Origin: Candidatus Eremiobacteria bacterium
GTDB lineage: Bacteria > Vulcanimicrobiota > Vulcanimicrobiia > Vulcanimicrobiales > Vulcanimicrobiaceae
Assembly: GCA_963758295.1 (NCBI GenBank)
Contig: CAVWUU010000002.1
Span: forward strand, 32,001 to 96,000
Direction: 5' to 3'
DNA length: 64,000 bases
In this document: positions 55,084 through 64,000 of the stretch, in pieces
How the letters are laid out: every line of letters begins with the position of its first letter
How positions within the stretch are numbered: position 1 is the stretch's first letter
The notes under the pieces: model-generated
The model's database searches: none
What the model saw: the letters and a program-made list of their open reading frames with translations, nothing else
Told to the model about the DNA's origin: nothing
Translations under genes and position numbers: made by a program

Positions 55084-56417
55084 GGCTTAGCTTCGGCGAT
55101 CTTCTTCTGCAGCACCGATATCGCGGCGCGCAGTTGGGCGTCTTTCGAGATGTCGCCGAAGCGCGCGTTCTCATTTTCGTCGATGCGCACGTCGGGATCG
55201 ATGCCCTTGAGGTTGATGTCGCGTTTGAGCGGCGTGAGGTAGTGCGCCGTCGTAATTTTGATCGCCGCACCGTCGGGTAGCGGCGTAAGCGTTTGCATAA
55301 CGCCTTTGCCGTACGTGCGCGTGCCGACGATGGCGCCGACGCCGTCGTCTTGCAGCGCGCCCGCGGTAATCTCCGATGCCGAAGCCGTGTTTTGGTTCAC
55401 GAGGATTGAAACCGGCACGCCCGACATGACGCTATCTTCAGCGCGGTAGGTCGTATCTGGAACGCCCCGTTGCTGCACGGTCAAAATTGGCTTGTGCGAA
55501 ACGAAGCGCGAGACGATGTCCAACGCCGAGTCGACGTAACCGCCGCCGTCGTTGCGTAAATCCAAGACGATTGCGCGCGCTCCCGCTTCTTTTACTCGGC
55601 TCAACGCCAGATCGAACTCGCTCGGCGTCGCACGGCCGAAAGCCAGGACGTCGATGTAGCCGATATCATCAGGCAACATATGGAAGACAACCGTGGGCGG
55701 CTGCACTTCCGAACGCGTCACGGCAAGATCGCGCGGTTCGTCACCCGTTTGCTGCACGGTCATGCGGACCGTGGTGCCGGCTTTACCACGCAAAAGGCGG
55801 CTGGCGTTTTCGGTGGTCAACCCTTTGGTCGCGGTCCCGTCGATCGCGGCGATGACGTCACCTTGACGTAATCCGGCACGGTCGGCGGGCGTCCCGGGAA
55901 TCACGTAGGCGAGACGAATCATCCCCGACGCATTGTCCGGCTCAACGAGCACCCCGATGCCCGAAATGCGCTCGGGGTCGAGCGCTTCATTGAATCTTTT
56001 AAATTCATCCGGCGTGAAAAACGCGGTGTATTTATCGCCGACGGCTTTCGCCATGCCGTCGATCGCCGCGTAGGCAAACTCCGTTGGCGACACGTGCGCT
56101 TGATCCGCGAGCTGCGCGATGGCATCGTCGAGCGAGTCCGTCGTCGTGTCGTCGTTCGCGGCAGCATGTAAATCCGGAAGGGCGATCTTCACGTTATGCC
56201 GCTTCGCCGCATCGAGCAGGGCACGGCGGGCGCCATCCACGATCGCCTGCTCGGATACCGGCGAAAAGTACGTCGTGCGCAACAACCGGTAGCTCTCGTT
56301 CACGTCGACGGTGAGTTGAGCCGGCAAGGGCTGGGCGGCCAACGCGGGCGTTGCCGAAACAGCGAAGAGCGCAACGCTAAATCCGGCGCGCAGAATACTA
56401 AGAGCGGGTCGAGTCAT
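55080..56417 (-). CDS. S41 family C-terminal processing peptidase
   Basis: GIG, PDZ, LDLRNDGGG, TASASEI, RTYGKG. Confidence 0.94.
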   Translation of the reverse strand: MTRPALSILRAGFSVALFAVSATPALAAQPLPAQLTVDVNESYRLLRTTYFSPVSEQAIVDGARRALLDAAKRHNVKIALPDLHAAANDDTTTDSLDDAIAQLADQAHVSPTEFAYAAIDGMAKAVGDKYTAFFTPDEFKRFNEALDPERISGIGVLVEPDNASGMIRLAYVIPGTPADRAGLRQGDVIAAIDGTATKGLTTENASRLLRGKAGTTVRMTVQQTGDEPRDLAVTRSEVQPPTVVFHMLPDDIGYIDVLAFGRATPSEFDLALSRVKEAGARAIVLDLRNDGGGYVDSALDIVSRFVSHKPILTVQQRGVPDTTYRAEDSVMSGVPVSILVNQNTASASEITAGALQDDGVGAIVGTRTYGKGVMQTLTPLPDGAAIKITTAHYLTPLKRDINLKGIDPDVRIDENENARFGDISKDAQLRAAISVLQKKIAEAKP

Positions 56418-56627
56418 CGTGTTTTTTATCGGTTCAATCCAAACAGAGATTGAAGCGGTGAGGCTCCCAAGTTTCGAAAACAGCAAACCAAGCAGCGTCT
56501 TTTGATCGCGACCCGCGCACGAGAAGGACGCCAGGCTGCTGCCGTATCGTTGGGAACATCGCAGCCCAGTTCCTCGGACACGCCTTGCTTTGGACGGCAA
56601 AGCCGCCTAGCCGGCAATCTCGCCGCC

Positions 56628-57779
56628 CTAGTGCCGCTCCATGGCAACGTGTGCCGGCTCGTCGGCCGAGTGGTGACAGCAGTGCTCGGTAGGATTGCGC
56701 CGGTATATCTGCCACAGCCAAAGGGCGAGCGCGCCGAAGACGAGATTCAGCCACAAGGTGTAGTTGATGCGGAAGACCGGCTGCGTCACGGCTGAAACCG
56801 GCGGGTGCGCCGGCACGAGATGGAATGCGTTGAACGCAACGTTCATGACGATCGCGGCGATGACCATCGTGCAGTAAAAGATTGCGCCGATGTACGAGGC
56901 CATCTTCCATCCGTAGTACTTGCGATAGACGTCGAGCAGCGGCAAGACGATTAAATCGCCATACAAAAACGCGAGCACGCCGCCGAATCCCGCGCCGCCC
57001 GCCCACAACACCGCCGCCATCGGAACATTGCCGATCGAACAAACGAAAGTTATTACGGCGACGAGCGGCCCTACCAACGCACCACCGATTATCTGCGCCG
57101 CGGGCGGCGAGTGTTGAAAGAACAGCGCGCTCCAGATGCCGTCGGGAACGAATGCCGCAAGAACTCCCGCAACGATGAACCCGACCAGCAGATCTTTCCA
57201 CAACATCGACAAATCCATGGCAGCGTTTTGTGCGACGATCACGGGCGTACGCGTGTCGCGCAAGCGTTCCCAAACCGAGCGGCCTTCCACGACGTTGTCG
57301 CCGTGCTCGTTGCCGGAGGTTTCATCCAAACGCGCGCGAGCTTCTTCGACGAGCTTCTTGGGATAGGTCCCTTTCACCAAGAGCGACAGAATAATTACCA
57401 GCAGGACGCCGCCGATCCACTCCCCGGCCGTGAATTCCCAGCCCATCAAAAAATAGAGAATCAATCCGAGCTCTATCACCAGGTTGGTTGATGAGAACAG
57501 AAACGCGAGCGACGGAACGAGCCCGGCGCCTTTTTTGAATAACGTCTTGCTCAGCGCCGAAGCGGCATACGAACAGCTCGAACTGGCTGCCCCATAAAGC
57601 GTGGCCAGCGCGATTTCGCGCGCGCCGTCGCGTCCGAGCGCGCGCTGCATGCGATCGCGAGGCACAACGGCCTGCACCAAGCCGGAAAGAATGAGGCCTA
57701 AAACCAGGCTCCAGCCGACTTGCCAAGCCATGCCCGCCGCGATTTCAAGCGCACGTAAGAGGGCCGAGAAAAACGCCAT
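56628..57779 (-). CDS. Permease, ArsP/DUF318-like
   Basis: Multi-TM; SSSCSY and TFVCSIGNVP motifs; C-terminal HCCHH. Confidence 0.8.
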   Translation of the reverse strand: MAFFSALLRALEIAAGMAWQVGWSLVLGLILSGLVQAVVPRDRMQRALGRDGAREIALATLYGAASSSCSYAASALSKTLFKKGAGLVPSLAFLFSSTNLVIELGLILYFLMGWEFTAGEWIGGVLLVIILSLLVKGTYPKKLVEEARARLDETSGNEHGDNVVEGRSVWERLRDTRTPVIVAQNAAMDLSMLWKDLLVGFIVAGVLAAFVPDGIWSALFFQHSPPAAQIIGGALVGPLVAVITFVCSIGNVPMAAVLWAGGAGFGGVLAFLYGDLIVLPLLDVYRKYYGWKMASYIGAIFYCTMVIAAIVMNVAFNAFHLVPAHPPVSAVTQPVFRINYTLWLNLVFGALALWLWQIYRRNPTEHCCHHSADEPAHVAMERH

Positions 57780-57809
57780 ACCGCTCTTCTTAACCCCCTT
57801 TTTGGGCTT

Positions 57810-58688
57810 TTAGCTGCTTTTTCGGTCGGCGAAGACCAAAGCGACTAATCCAACGAGCACGAGTGCCATGCCGCCGCCCTCGAGCCATGTTGGCACTTCT
57901 CCGAGTTGCAACCATGCCGCAAATACGCCGACGATGGGATTCGCGAGGGTTCCCATGCTGGCATCGCGTGCGGGCAGCTTCGCCAAGATGAACGTCCACA
58001 AAAAGTATGCAAGCGCCGTCGCTAGCACGATATTGTAAGCCACGGCAAAGTCGAACGACATGGTCCATGCGGTTAGATGCGAGGGCACGAACCACGCGAT
58101 TGCGGCCAGCGCAACGCCGCCTGCGACCATCTGCCACATCGTGAGCGAATAGACGTCGACGTTATGTTCTTGCTGAACGCGCTTGGTAACGATTACTCCG
58201 ATAGCCCAAGCGATGCCGGCTGCAAGTGCGAGCATCGAAGGGAGCAATCCGTGCTTTAGCGGTCCGATCATGCAGGCAACGCCCGCAAAGGCAATTGCGA
58301 TTGCACCCGCCTGCCGCCAATTCAACTTTTCCCCGAGCGTCGGCCACGCAAGGAGACAGACCCACAGCGGCATGGTGTACGCAAGCATCGCGACTTGTCC
58401 CGCGCCGGCCGTAACCACTGCCCACGTAACAAGCCCGACAAACGCGGTTGTTTGGAAAAGCCCGATCCACACGTATTGCCATGGATACTCCGGGCGGAGA
58501 TTTCTCTTCGCAATCATCGCACCGAGCAACAGGGCACATCCGCCGCCGAGAGTGCGCAATGCGGCAAACGCAAACGGCGATGCGTCTTGCACCGCTATTT
58601 TCATGACGACCCAGTTGTAGCCCCAAATCAATGAGAGCAGGGCGAGCGCTAAAAACGCGACGCGGCGATTGTTATCGAGTTGAGGCAC
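57810..58688 (-). CDS. EamA/DMT family transporter
   Basis: 10 TM; IWGYNW, YTMPLW, LGEK, LGE. Confidence 0.9.
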   Translation of the reverse strand: MPQLDNNRRVAFLALALLSLIWGYNWVVMKIAVQDASPFAFAALRTLGGGCALLLGAMIAKRNLRPEYPWQYVWIGLFQTTAFVGLVTWAVVTAGAGQVAMLAYTMPLWVCLLAWPTLGEKLNWRQAGAIAIAFAGVACMIGPLKHGLLPSMLALAAGIAWAIGVIVTKRVQQEHNVDVYSLTMWQMVAGGVALAAIAWFVPSHLTAWTMSFDFAVAYNIVLATALAYFLWTFILAKLPARDASMGTLANPIVGVFAAWLQLGEVPTWLEGGGMALVLVGLVALVFADRKSS

Positions 58689-59603
58689 GCCGGAGACGAT
58701 CCATGATCGCGACGCCGATTCCTTTTTCCGGAACCGGGTCGGCATCGATGCGCTCCAATCCCAATTCATCCAACTCGTGCAGACACTCGAAAAGATGCGA
58801 TGCCGCTTCGCGAATGTCGCCATTTTCAGACAATATTCGCACCGCATCGTATCCCGGTTGCGCTTCGCGAAAAGCCAGAAGCCCGGCTCCGCGCCGCTCT
58901 TCCATCGGTGCGTTGGGGTCTAGAATGTTGATCGGCGTGCGCGGCGCGTAGTGCTGCGGCAGTCTTCCCGGTGCGAGCGGTTTCGCTTCATCTGAAAGTT
59001 CTCGTGAGAGCGGTCCGACGATCGCCTCGATCGATTCCGCGGCAATCGCGCCGGCGCGTAACAGCGTTGGCTGCGGCTCGAGCATCACAATCGTCGACTC
59101 AACGCCGTATTCCGTTGGGCCGCCGTCGACGATCATATCGACGCGACTTCCAAGCATGCGTTCTACGTGCTGCGCGCGCGTCGGGCTCAGATACCCGAAC
59201 GGATTTGCGCTTGGCGCCGCAAGCGGCACGGCAGCGCGCGACAGAAGTTCTCGAGCAACCGGATGCGCCGGCATTCGAACGGCAACCGTCGGCAGACCCG
59301 ACGTGACGAGGCTCGGAATGCTTGGTTGTTTCTGTAGAACAAGTGTAAGCGGCCCGGGCCAAAAAGCGTCGATCAACGCACGCGCGGGTTCGGACACCGA
59401 ACTTACCACGGTATTAAGCATCTCTTCGTCGACGACGTGCACGATCAGCGGATCGAACGTAGGACGCGCTTTGATTTCGAAGATGCGCGCGACGGCAGTA
59501 GCATCAAACGCGCAGGCACCGAGCCCATAAACGGTCTCGGTTGGAAACGCGACGACCGCGCCGCCGCGTAAGAGCGCGGCAGCACGATCGAGCGTATCGC
59601 TAT
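58672..59603 (-). CDS. tsaC: L-threonylcarbamoyladenylate synthase, Sua5-type (start codon missing in this sequence)
   Basis: VAFPTETVYGLGA, K.RP..PLIVH, FWPGPLT, AAPSAN, PG...HYAP Sua5 domain. Confidence 0.9.
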
Positions 59604-59606
59604 CGG

Positions 59607-60164
59607 CTAGTGCGATTGGCGGCGCGTGACCGAGTTCACGCGAACCTGGATGACGGTGCCGTGCGTGACGTTCACGTTCTGCTTGTTATTTTTCGCAAGC
59701 AAGAATCCGCCCGCGGCGCCCAAGAAGCCGCCTGCACCTGTGTGAAAAACCGTTTTACCGATCATGTTTCCGACCAGCATGCCGGCAAGTGCGCCGCCAA
59801 CTTCTTTGGCGGTATTGTTCTTCGTGCTGGTTTTCGTTTGCGTCACGGTCGTGTCGACGGAATACGTCGCGCGACTCGTCACCAAACGAGAGAATGTAAG
59901 AGCGATCTTTCCGGGGCGTCCTTGTCCCGCAGGTTGCACTGCCGACACACGACCGTAGAGCGTGCCGCCCGTAACCGAGCCGCTGCCGTCAGCGGAGGTA
60001 ACGTTCGATAGCGTCACCGACTCACCGACGTACGCGTGGTTGCTGGACAAATCTTGATTGATCGTGCCGTTCAGGAGCGATCCTGAAGTAAGAGCCGCCT
60101 GCGCCGCAATCGCCGTAGAAGCGATAAGGGCGAGCATGGTTCCTCCGGCGATGCGAAGTCGCAT
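59607..60164 (-). CDS. Secreted beta-rich protein with a glycine-zipper-like segment
   Basis: GGAGG RBS, signal peptide, GGALAGMLVG..GGFLGAAGG. Confidence 0.75.
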   Translation of the reverse strand: MRLRIAGGTMLALIASTAIAAQAALTSGSLLNGTINQDLSSNHAYVGESVTLSNVTSADGSGSVTGGTLYGRVSAVQPAGQGRPGKIALTFSRLVTSRATYSVDTTVTQTKTSTKNNTAKEVGGALAGMLVGNMIGKTVFHTGAGGFLGAAGGFLLAKNNKQNVNVTHGTVIQVRVNSVTRRQSH

Positions 60165-60186
60165 ACGATGCTTGACCTCCAAACGA

Positions 60187-60211
60187 AAAAGGGTTCGATG
60201 TGAACCCTTTT
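60187..60211 (-). terminator. Hairpin, probable intrinsic terminator
   Basis: AAAAGGGTTC-N5-GAACCCTTTT. Confidence 0.55.
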
Positions 60212-60250
60212 CCCATTTTTGCCCGGTTTCTTGCACTAGGGGCAAGCGTG

Positions 60251-60529
60251 CTACTGAATGGCGTAAACCGGAACTTTGCCCTTGATCAGCGAGATCTTAA
60301 TCGTCTGGTTCGCTTGAACGCGGGAGAAATCGGCGGAACCTTGGGCGATGAGGATCGTCTCAACGCCGTTGTCCATCAGCACGGTCGCGTGCTTCGCATC
60401 CTGCACTTTTTCGACTTTGACGGTGTAGGTGCCGTCGGGAACGAGGGACGGGTCAACGGTAGCGGCGCTCGCGAGCACCGGGGCTGCGACGGCAGCGGCA
60501 AAAAGGGCGGAAACCAGAAGTTTGGGCAC
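60251..60529 (-). CDS. Small secreted beta protein
   Basis: GAGGAG RBS, signal peptide ending ASA, 92 aa. Confidence 0.75.
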   Translation of the reverse strand: MPKLLVSALFAAAVAAPVLASAATVDPSLVPDGTYTVKVEKVQDAKHATVLMDNGVETILIAQGSADFSRVQANQTIKISLIKGKVPVYAIQ

Positions 60530-60562
60530 GGGGTAGGGCTCCTCAATGAATGAAATTGGCGC

Positions 60563-61318
60563 CTATGGATTCTCGACACTGACCTTCACGTTGCCTGTCT
60601 CAGTTAGCAGAAAAACTAGTGCTGAACGGCCCACAGATGGTAAAGGATTGGTAACGGTGCCCGTTCCGGCCGTGGCGTCGTACCTCGCACGGAAATTTTT
60701 CGGGACGCTCAGGGCGAGATTTCCGGTCTGCGCCTCGAGCCTGACCAGGTTTCCGGAGAAGCCCGGAGCCAAGGCTGCCTCAACGTTCCCGGCCCGCGCG
60801 GTAAGCGCGAGCGCCGCATGCGCTCCGTAGACGCGCACGCTGCCCGTTTCGGCCAGTGCCGTCACGGAACCGAGAGGATTCATCACCGTGATGCCGCCAC
60901 TGCTGCTGTAAATCTCCACGGGCGTCCGCGGCTTCGTTACAAAAACCGTGCCGCCGAATTGCCGCACGCGCAACGAAAGGCCCGGCGGATAACGGACTTC
61001 GAAAACATGTCCGTTGCTGCCGGAAAACGGCAAAGCCAGGGGACCGCGTGCCTTGATCGTAAGCTTCAACGTTTTTCCGTCACGCGCAATCTCGTACGCC
61101 GGCGCGGTCGCAATGGTGCCGGAGGCCTTCACGTGTACCTGAACGGCCTTCAGCCATGGATCGGGAACAGCAACGAGATCGCCGGAGCGCACGTCGATCT
61201 CCAGCGCGGACGCGCCGTTGACTGCGAAGTTTCTCTCGGCCGAAGGTTGCGCTATAGCGCAAACCGTCGCGGCGGCAAGCGCAAACGCGCCTGCGAGAAG
61301 GAAGCGGCGCAATTTCAT
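60563..61318 (-). CDS. DUF4097-like beta-strand repeat (adhesin-like) protein
   Basis: Signal peptide; repeated xSG/TG-x-V motifs. Confidence 0.7.
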   Translation of the reverse strand: MKLRRFLLAGAFALAAATVCAIAQPSAERNFAVNGASALEIDVRSGDLVAVPDPWLKAVQVHVKASGTIATAPAYEIARDGKTLKLTIKARGPLALPFSGSNGHVFEVRYPPGLSLRVRQFGGTVFVTKPRTPVEIYSSSGGITVMNPLGSVTALAETGSVRVYGAHAALALTARAGNVEAALAPGFSGNLVRLEAQTGNLALSVPKNFRARYDATAGTGTVTNPLPSVGRSALVFLLTETGNVKVSVENP

Positions 61319-61333
61319 CTCAGTGATTGTATC

Positions 61334-62458
61334 ATGCTCGCCGAATTTCGTTTAGAATCGTTTTTCGCCGAATGGGAATTCAAAGCGCGCTATCACTTAA
61401 CCGCCTCGGACGCGGAAACGATGACGCTACGCGAACTCCTTGCGCTCGCGGACGATGAAGACGCCGCGCGCTGGGACCGGCTCGCCCTCGGCTACGTAGA
61501 AACGCAAGGGACACCGGCACTTCGCGCCGCCATTGCCGCCACGTACGAATCAATCGGCGCGGAGGAACTTCTTTGCTTTGCCGGTGCGGAAGAAGGATTG
61601 TACTGCGCCCTGAACGCGCTATTGAGTGCGGGCGATCACGCCGTGATCACCATTCCAAATTACCAGTCGATGGAAACGGTGCCGCTCGCGATTTGCGACG
61701 TAACGGGCATTCCATTACGTCCGGAAAACGACTGGGAGCTGGATGTCGAGGAAGTGCGAAAAGCGCTGCGGCCCAACACGCGGCTCGTTGCGATAAACTT
61801 TCCGCATAATCCAACAGGCAAAGTGCTTTCGCACGAGGCGTTTGACCGGCTCGTTGCGCTCTGCGCCGAACGAGAACTCTATCTTTTCAGCGACGAAGTC
61901 TATCGCGGCATCGAACGCGACGATGCGTTGCGTCTACCACAAGCCGCGGATCGGTACGATCGTGCTTTCTCGCTAAACGTCGTCTCCAAAGCGTACGGCT
62001 TGCCGGGTCTGCGTGTCGGCTGGATCGCGTCCAAAGATCGAGCTGCGCTTGCGAAGATGCTGCATCTCAAGCATTATCTTTCGATTTGCAACGCCGCGCC
62101 AAGCGAAGTTCTTGCGACGGTCGCGTTGAAGGCGCAGCCGCAAATTTTCACGCGCGTTCGATCGCTCGTAACGGAGAATTTGCGCCAGCTCAATTCGTTC
62201 TTCGCGCGCCATGCGCAGTGGTTCGAATGGCATGAGCCCGGCGGCGGCTGTGTCGCGTTCCCGCGCTATCTCGGCGCGGACGGCGTGGAGTCGTTTTGCC
62301 GCGCGGTGCTCGAGCGCGAAGGCGTGCTCTTACTGCCGGCCTCGGTTTATCGCTCGGAACTCGGCCCCGTTCCTATAGACCGATTCCGCATTGGATACGG
62401 CCGCAAGGCGATGCGTGAAGCCCTCGAAGCCTTGGAGCGCGCGATGCCTCCGCGCTAA
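61334..62458 (+). CDS. PLP-dependent aminotransferase class I/II
   Basis: NFPHNPTG, SDEVYR, SKAYGLPGLRVGW. Confidence 0.93.
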   Translation: MLAEFRLESFFAEWEFKARYHLTASDAETMTLRELLALADDEDAARWDRLALGYVETQGTPALRAAIAATYESIGAEELLCFAGAEEGLYCALNALLSAGDHAVITIPNYQSMETVPLAICDVTGIPLRPENDWELDVEEVRKALRPNTRLVAINFPHNPTGKVLSHEAFDRLVALCAERELYLFSDEVYRGIERDDALRLPQAADRYDRAFSLNVVSKAYGLPGLRVGWIASKDRAALAKMLHLKHYLSICNAAPSEVLATVALKAQPQIFTRVRSLVTENLRQLNSFFARHAQWFEWHEPGGGCVAFPRYLGADGVESFCRAVLEREGVLLLPASVYRSELGPVPIDRFRIGYGRKAMREALEALERAMPPR

Positions 62459-62784
62459 GACGCAACGGCAACGGCGGCGCGGGCGGCATGCACGTGACCG
62501 ATCATGCGGACGACGCGCCGTTCTAAACCGGGCGCCTCCGGATCGGCAAGCACCGACCGTCCGCAGTGCAACGCTTCTTCCAGTTCGCTCAACAGTTCCC
62601 GAATTGTCGCTGTATCGCCGGGTACAGCGACAACACGCGCTTCCATAAGAAGCTCGTCAATGTCTCGTGCCGCGGTGGCGACACTATCGAGTGATTGCGA
62701 TGCCGTCCGCTGGATCGACGTGGCAAGCTCGTCCTCAATGCTGCGAAGACGCGTCGCTAGACGCGCCAATATCGCCGTGGTCAT
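62455..62784 (-). CDS. Hypothetical helical protein
   Basis: GGAGG RBS; 109 aa. Confidence 0.6.
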   Translation of the reverse strand: MTTAILARLATRLRSIEDELATSIQRTASQSLDSVATAARDIDELLMEARVVAVPGDTATIRELLSELEEALHCGRSVLADPEAPGLERRVVRMIGHVHAARAAVAVAS

Positions 62785-62862
62785 TGTCCCTCCGGTGTTC
62801 CCCGCGCTTCCAGTGTACCGCTTATTATGAAAAAGGTCAGTATGGGACCGAGCTAGAGTTTT

Positions 62863-63495
62863 TTAAAGGGACTGCGCCGCCCGAGCGATCTGCTTGAGAT
62901 CGTCTACGAAACGGGCCAGTTCCGCGTGCCGGGACTCGTCGTCCATGGCCCGCAGGATCGACGAGGGATGCACCGTCGCGATGACGTGCCCCGCCAGCTC
63001 CGACGAAAAGACCTCGCCCCGGTGCTCCGTCAAACGGAATGCCGGCCCTAAGAGCGCCTGCGCGGCCGTTGCCCCGAGCGCGACTACGATCTCCGGCCGG
63101 ACCGTCTTGATCTCAGCCTCCAGCCACGGCCGGCACGCGCGGATTTCGATGACGCGCGGCTTACTGTGAATGCGCCGCTTTCCTCGCTCGATGAACTTGA
63201 AGTGCTTCACCGCGTTGGTGATGTACACGTTACGCTCATCGATCCCGGCGTCGCTCATGGCCTTGCGCAACAATTTCCCGGCCGGTCCGACAAACGGATG
63301 GCCTTCGCGGTCTTCGCTATCGCCGGGTTGTTCGCCGACGAACATTAACTTCGCGCGCGCCTTGCCTTCTCCGAAAACCGTTTGCGTTGCGTACTTGTAC
63401 AAATCGCAGCCGTGGCAATGCGAAGCGGCTTCCCGCAAGCTCTTCAAGGAGTATTTCGCGGGAAGAAAGCCGGCCGCCGATTCGCGCACTGCCAT
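62863..63495 (-). CDS. udgX: UdgX-type family 4 uracil-DNA glycosylase
   Basis: CHGC 4Fe-4S, GEQPG, AVKHFKF, KRRIH R-loop, HPS. Confidence 0.88.
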   Translation of the reverse strand: MAVRESAAGFLPAKYSLKSLREAASHCHGCDLYKYATQTVFGEGKARAKLMFVGEQPGDSEDREGHPFVGPAGKLLRKAMSDAGIDERNVYITNAVKHFKFIERGKRRIHSKPRVIEIRACRPWLEAEIKTVRPEIVVALGATAAQALLGPAFRLTEHRGEVFSSELAGHVIATVHPSSILRAMDDESRHAELARFVDDLKQIARAAQSL

Positions 63496-63498
63496 AGG

Positions 63499-64000
63499 TT
63501 ATAAATTAATACCCAGTGCCGAACGCAGCCAACGCGCGCCCGATTCAGACACGGTCAGGGCACGCGTGCCGTCCTTTCGTGCAATCCACCGGCGATGGAG
63601 AAATGCCGTGCATAGGGCGGCGCCGAGCGCGCCTGCCAAATGCGGACGCCGCTCGCTCCAGTCGACGCACTGATAAGCAAAACGGCGGCGCGCCGTGCGA
63701 ATCGCCGGCATGTCTATCCCGAGTTCGGCGAAGAACACTTCGCCTACGGGGGTCGGCCGGAACGATTCATTGCGAACGGGTGTGATGAAGGATCGTTCCA
63801 TAAGACTTTCCGTTACCGCGACTCCGAGCCGTCCCGCAAGGTGATCGTAGCAGCGTCGCGCGTAACGCAACTCGTGTGAAATTCGAGCTTGCGAGAATCC
63901 GGTAACCGGTGTGGGCGGTGCGACGACGGCAAGCGCCTCGAGCGCGCGCGCGACGTCCGCGTTTGCGATCCGGAAGAACCGCCGCCGCCCCTCCGGACGC
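63499..64000 (-). CDS. ArsR-family winged-helix regulator, 5' end outside the window
   Basis: GRRRFFRIA..VARALEAL, ARRCYDHLAGRLGV, CVDWSERRPHLAG. Confidence 0.85.
   Translation of the reverse strand, partial: RPEGRRRFFRIANADVARALEALAVVAPPTPVTGFSQARISHELRYARRCYDHLAGRLGVAVTESLMERSFITPVRNESFRPTPVGEVFFAELGIDMPAIRTARRRFAYQCVDWSERRPHLAGALGAALCTAFLHRRWIARKDGTRALTVSESGARWLRSALGINL

Noticed and set aside
56426..56456. Sigma-28-like promoter (TCAA..CCGATAA) and small hairpin upstream of the S41 peptidase
   Set aside because: Spacing is off by one and it is a single instance, so support is insufficient.

Overview
GC-rich bacterial chromosome segment. It combines Terrabacteria-type genes (whiA, sepF, divIVA, csaB, DUF5693) with outer-membrane TonB-dependent receptors, which by inference suggests Ca. 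Eremiobacterota/Vulcanimicrobiia. Most of the window is housekeeping: whiA-gap-pgk-tpiA-gpmI-PNP, lgt-yggS-sepF-divIVA-leuB-fabH, ccdA-lspA-rluD-tgt, ileS and tRNA-Val(TAC). It also holds a poly-HAMP hybrid kinase/CheR/SpoIIE stress module and scattered flagellar rod/sigma-28 genes. The most striking signal lies downstream of flgG (about 18.0-22.1 kb): three displaced, progressively decayed copies of the last 20 codons of flgG separate foreign-looking cargo genes. The nearest copy is 20/20 aa identical to the live terminus but has 15 synonymous changes. The two best-preserved copies share a short palindromic arm motif (partly kept in the third), and no integrase is visible in the window. This looks like a polarised, integron-like cassette array anchored in a protein-coding gene. 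Other notable items: a ~5.8 kb island between tRNA-Val and a degenerate copy of its 5' half, 120-bp repeats of the tRNA 3' end, a candidate structured ncRNA/leader, a BIME-like 91-bp array, recurring SigB-type promoters and a probably inactive CheR. About 8 single-base frameshifts, including one in essential ileS, point to assembly errors rather than true pseudogenes.
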